Shown here: piece after piece, positions 61,404 through 64,000 of the stretch | How the letters are laid out: every line of letters starts with the position of its first letter | How positions within the stretch are numbered: the stretch's first letter is position 1 | NCBI RefSeq assembly: GCF_046119375.1 | Contig: NW_027362763.1 | Span: forward strand, 319,424,001 to 319,488,000 | Source of the DNA: Phyllobates terribilis | Taxonomy: Eukaryota | DNA: 64,000 nt | Direction of reading: 5' to 3' | The notes under the pieces: generated by a model | What the model was told of the DNA's origin: nothing | What the model saw: only the letters and a program-made list of their open reading frames with translations | Database searches by the model: none | Program-made: the position numbers and the translations under genes

Positions 61404-63468
61404 ACTTTGGCGTAGTCGGCAGGATTACGTGCCCGCAACACCCGGGTACTGCGTGCCTGAAGAAAAGTGCAAGTTTACCTCAGAAAGAAGTCTCCCGCCG
61501 GTTCCGGAGGGTCCACGCCATCGGACTCCATCACCAGTCGTTTCCCGCCGATTGTCCGCCATTTCCAGCTTGTTCCCGCCATCTGCAGAGTTTCCCGCCA
61601 CTGGGCGACGCTTCCCGCCAAAACCGCAGATTTCCCGCCTTGGAAGAGCAGCGGACGCCATTATGGGCGTGCCAAAGGAGAGCAAGAGGCCACCTCCCAT
61701 CGTGGGCCAGGACAGAAAATGGCGCCAAAAGTGGAAACCGCCCCCACCAACGGAGACTGTGATGCTGGAGGTGTCTGTCAGCGTGAAAGAACTCCCCCTG
61801 GAGCTGACAGTCACCGAGTTGCCCCGGGACCGCCCTCGAAGTGGGAGGAGACGAAAGAGAAGAGAAAAGATGGGTGTCGCTTGGAGCAGTCTGGAGCGAG
61901 CGCACCCGGAGGCAGGAAGCCTAGAAAGGAGCAGCAGAAAAGCTCACCCGGAGATGGAAAGAGAGCAGAACAGCACCGGCCCGCTGGCCAGGAGTCTGCT
62001 AGAGACCGAGGAAGGAGGGCAGAGCAGCACCGGCCCGCTGGCCAGGAGCCTGCCGGAAGCAGAGCAGAGCAGCACCGACCCGATGGTCAGGAGCCTGCTG
62101 GAGTCCACAACCCCGCTAGGTCTAGCGGAGATCCTAGCGCAGCTCCCCCGAGACCGGGAGTGTGCACAAACAGCCCTGGAGGGCCTCGCAAGGAGGATGG
62201 TCCGGGTACAGCGCGAGATACTGGCGGAGTGGAGCCGGGAGATGGCCCAGCAACCAGAGACCAGTCAACGGAGCACGCTACCCTGGAAGAGGAAGCAGAC
62301 CGCCTCTGAGGATGGCGCGGGAGGACCCAAGGCCGGAGACGGCGCCGAGGAGGGAGCCGAACGCATGGAGGCAGGTAAAGGGGACGCCTATACCCCAAGC
62401 CGTGACACCGCTTACCTGCCCCAGCTCCCCGTCGCAGAGCCCGAAAGTCCCCCTGCTGTGCCCGTAGCCGCCAGGTCACCGCCATGGACTAGGCCCCGAC
62501 CGGAAGCCGCCGCAGCGACCCCTGTGACGTCACGCGCCCCGACCCGGAGCGTGACAAAGCAGGAAGTACCACCAGCCTGGTCGCAAGGCCTAGTACCTCC
62601 GGGCGCCGCACCACCAACAGCGCCCCCTACCTCCGCGGAGCCTCCGGCCTGGCCGCAAGGCCAGGTAGCCCAGGGCGCCGCCGTCCTAACGGTGCCCTTC
62701 ACCTTCCAGGTGCCCCAGGCCTGGCCGCAAGGCCTGGGCAACCCGGGCGCCACCACCACCGCGCCCGCGCCCGCAACACCAAGGGTGCCATATCTGGGAG
62801 AGGACCCCTTCAGCCAGCTAGCGTGGCCGGACGGGCGGCCTTTCATCTGGCCCGAAGAATTCTTGGAACTGGAGCGACAAAAGAAGTTAGGTCCCCTGTG
62901 TGAGCCCCTGATTCCGGCTCCAAAGCCCGTGACTCGGGTCTCGCCTCCACTAGAAGAAGCCCAATTCGTGTGGGACCCCACGGGAGAAGATTTGATGGGG
63001 TTCACCGGAGAGACTCGGGCAGCTGCAGCTGAACGCACAGAGTGTTGCCGTCAACAGCTGGCAGAGTTTAAGAGAGAACGGGAGGAGAGGCGGGTCAGAG
63101 AGCAATGGGCCCAGACCCGCAGCGCGGAGCAAAAGAGTCGGACCAGAAGGGACCCCTGTGCAGCAAATCGTCCCCGTACCATCGGGACGGTAATAAAGTT
63201 TAATGCGCAGCATGGGTGGGGCTTCATAAAGGACCGGAACACCATGGGTGACGTCTTCGTTACCCGACGGGACGTCGAGTCCCACCTGCCAGAGGGTCAC
63301 AAAGGCCGTGACCTCTACGTCGGTGACGAGGTAACGTTCACCCGGCACAAGTGTGCCAAGGGACCTTACGCCCTCCACGTGCATCGCCTGACAGAGGAGG
63401 AGTTGCGGTGTAGGGAGGAGGAGCCAGAAGACCCGAACGGGTTCAAGGCTAGAAGGTACTATGACTGA
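61384..63468 (+). CDS. 694-aa retroelement protein: Pro/Arg-rich low-complexity and helical N-terminus, C-terminal cold-shock domain
   Basis: Uninterrupted ORF, colinear with copy 1; CSD at 63184-63390. Confidence 0.9.
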   Translation: MSQGARQLWRSRQDYVPATPGYCVPEEKCKFTSERSLPPVPEGPRHRTPSPVVSRRLSAISSLFPPSAEFPATGRRFPPKPQISRLGRAADAIMGVPKESKRPPPIVGQDRKWRQKWKPPPPTETVMLEVSVSVKELPLELTVTELPRDRPRSGRRRKRREKMGVAWSSLERAHPEAGSLERSSRKAHPEMEREQNSTGPLARSLLETEEGGQSSTGPLARSLPEAEQSSTDPMVRSLLESTTPLGLAEILAQLPRDRECAQTALEGLARRMVRVQREILAEWSREMAQQPETSQRSTLPWKRKQTASEDGAGGPKAGDGAEEGAERMEAGKGDAYTPSRDTAYLPQLPVAEPESPPAVPVAARSPPWTRPRPEAAAATPVTSRAPTRSVTKQEVPPAWSQGLVPPGAAPPTAPPTSAEPPAWPQGQVAQGAAVLTVPFTFQVPQAWPQGLGNPGATTTAPAPATPRVPYLGEDPFSQLAWPDGRPFIWPEEFLELERQKKLGPLCEPLIPAPKPVTRVSPPLEEAQFVWDPTGEDLMGFTGETRAAAAERTECCRQQLAEFKREREERRVREQWAQTRSAEQKSRTRRDPCAANRPRTIGTVIKFNAQHGWGFIKDRNTMGDVFVTRRDVESHLPEGHKGRDLYVGDEVTFTRHKCAKGPYALHVHRLTEEELRCREEEPEDPNGFKARRYYD
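61408..61426 (+). other. Primer-binding site (tRNA-Ser)
   Basis: TGGCGTAGTCGGCAGGATT, identical to copy 1. Confidence 0.9.
63184..63390 (+). other. Cold-shock domain, copy 2
   Basis: GTVIKFNAQHGWGFIKDRNTMGDVFVTRRDVESHLPEGHKGRDLYVGDEVTFTRHKCAKGPYALHV. Confidence 0.9.
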
Positions 63469-63927
63469 GATAGTACAAAGGACTGTATATAGTTACCTGT
63501 CGGGGTACCCAAGTAACCGTGGCTGCTTTAAAGTTTAGTCCCCGTTGGGACCAGTGAACAGTTCAACCCGTGTGTCCCCTACCCAAACCAGGCTGAGGAC
63601 TGTGAGCAGCCATCCCTTTCCCTTTACTTGGCCGGGGACTGAGAACGGCCAAATTTCCCTGTACATAGTTGCGCTTTCTAAGGCGCCCCCTACCGGTTTT
63701 ATAGGAGAAACCATTTTTCTAGAGGGACTGTCGCACTTTTCCCGGACACACGTTGCACAGTGTCCGGAGGAGGAACCTGAAACCAGAGACGACGAGAATG
63801 TTTATATGAAAAAGTTTTATATATATATAATGTTTTATATGTTTTATATGTTCATATAAAAATTTTGTATGTTTTGGTGTTTTATGTCTTACAGCCCGAG
63901 GACGTGCTGTGATTTACCAGGGGGGAA

Positions 63928-64000
63928 TGTAGCACCCTGAGGATTCGGCTGCTACAGGGGTATTGCACCTCAACCCAGAGGTGTGATATTCCACTCCCGG
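63928..64000 (+). repeat. Start of the 3' LTR of copy 2 (truncated by the window edge)
   Basis: Identical to 60203-60275; preceded by the PPT. Confidence 0.95.

Larger units (their letters stand above)
60203..64000 (+). mobile_element. Non-autonomous LTR retroelement with an intact cold-shock-domain ORF (copy 2), running off the window
   Basis: 5' LTR 60203-61403, PBS 61408-61426, ORF 61384-63468, PPT 63919-63927, 3' LTR from 63928; inserted in (TA)n. Confidence 0.95.

Noticed and set aside
61384-63468. Host YBX/LIN28 gene or processed pseudogene
   Set aside because: No similarity outside the CSD, no CCHC knuckles, C-terminal domain position, and enclosed by LTR, PBS and PPT in two independent insertions

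Overview
Repeat-saturated vertebrate DNA, most consistent with an anuran (frog) genome judging from its T2/TTAA MITEs, Tc1 subfamilies, piggyBac/hAT derivatives and a V-SINE-like element. No host gene could be identified, but three candidate minus-strand exons suggest the window may be intronic. The main observation is a family of non-autonomous LTR retroelements. They have ~1.2-kb TG...CA LTRs, a tRNA-Ser PBS, a PPT and 4-bp TSDs. Their only ORF (~665-694 aa) has no recognisable gag, protease, RT or integrase motif and ends in a Y-box-like cold-shock domain. There are two full-type copies: 508-5448 (one nonsense codon) and 60203 to the window end (ORF intact). Between them the cold-shock domain differs at 26 synonymous versus 7 replacement codons. 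Three divergent solo LTRs of the same lineage share a covarying 5' hairpin and a second, LTR-internal tRNA-Ser-complementary site that switches isoacceptor between subfamilies. The window also holds a canonical hammerhead ribozyme in a retrozyme-like element, Penelope remnants with inverted pLTRs, four Tc1/mariner subfamilies, an 8.6-kb hAT derivative carrying satellites, a piggyBac pseudogene and a heavily nested Gypsy chromovirus relic. All coordinates and counts were read by eye; no database searches were run.
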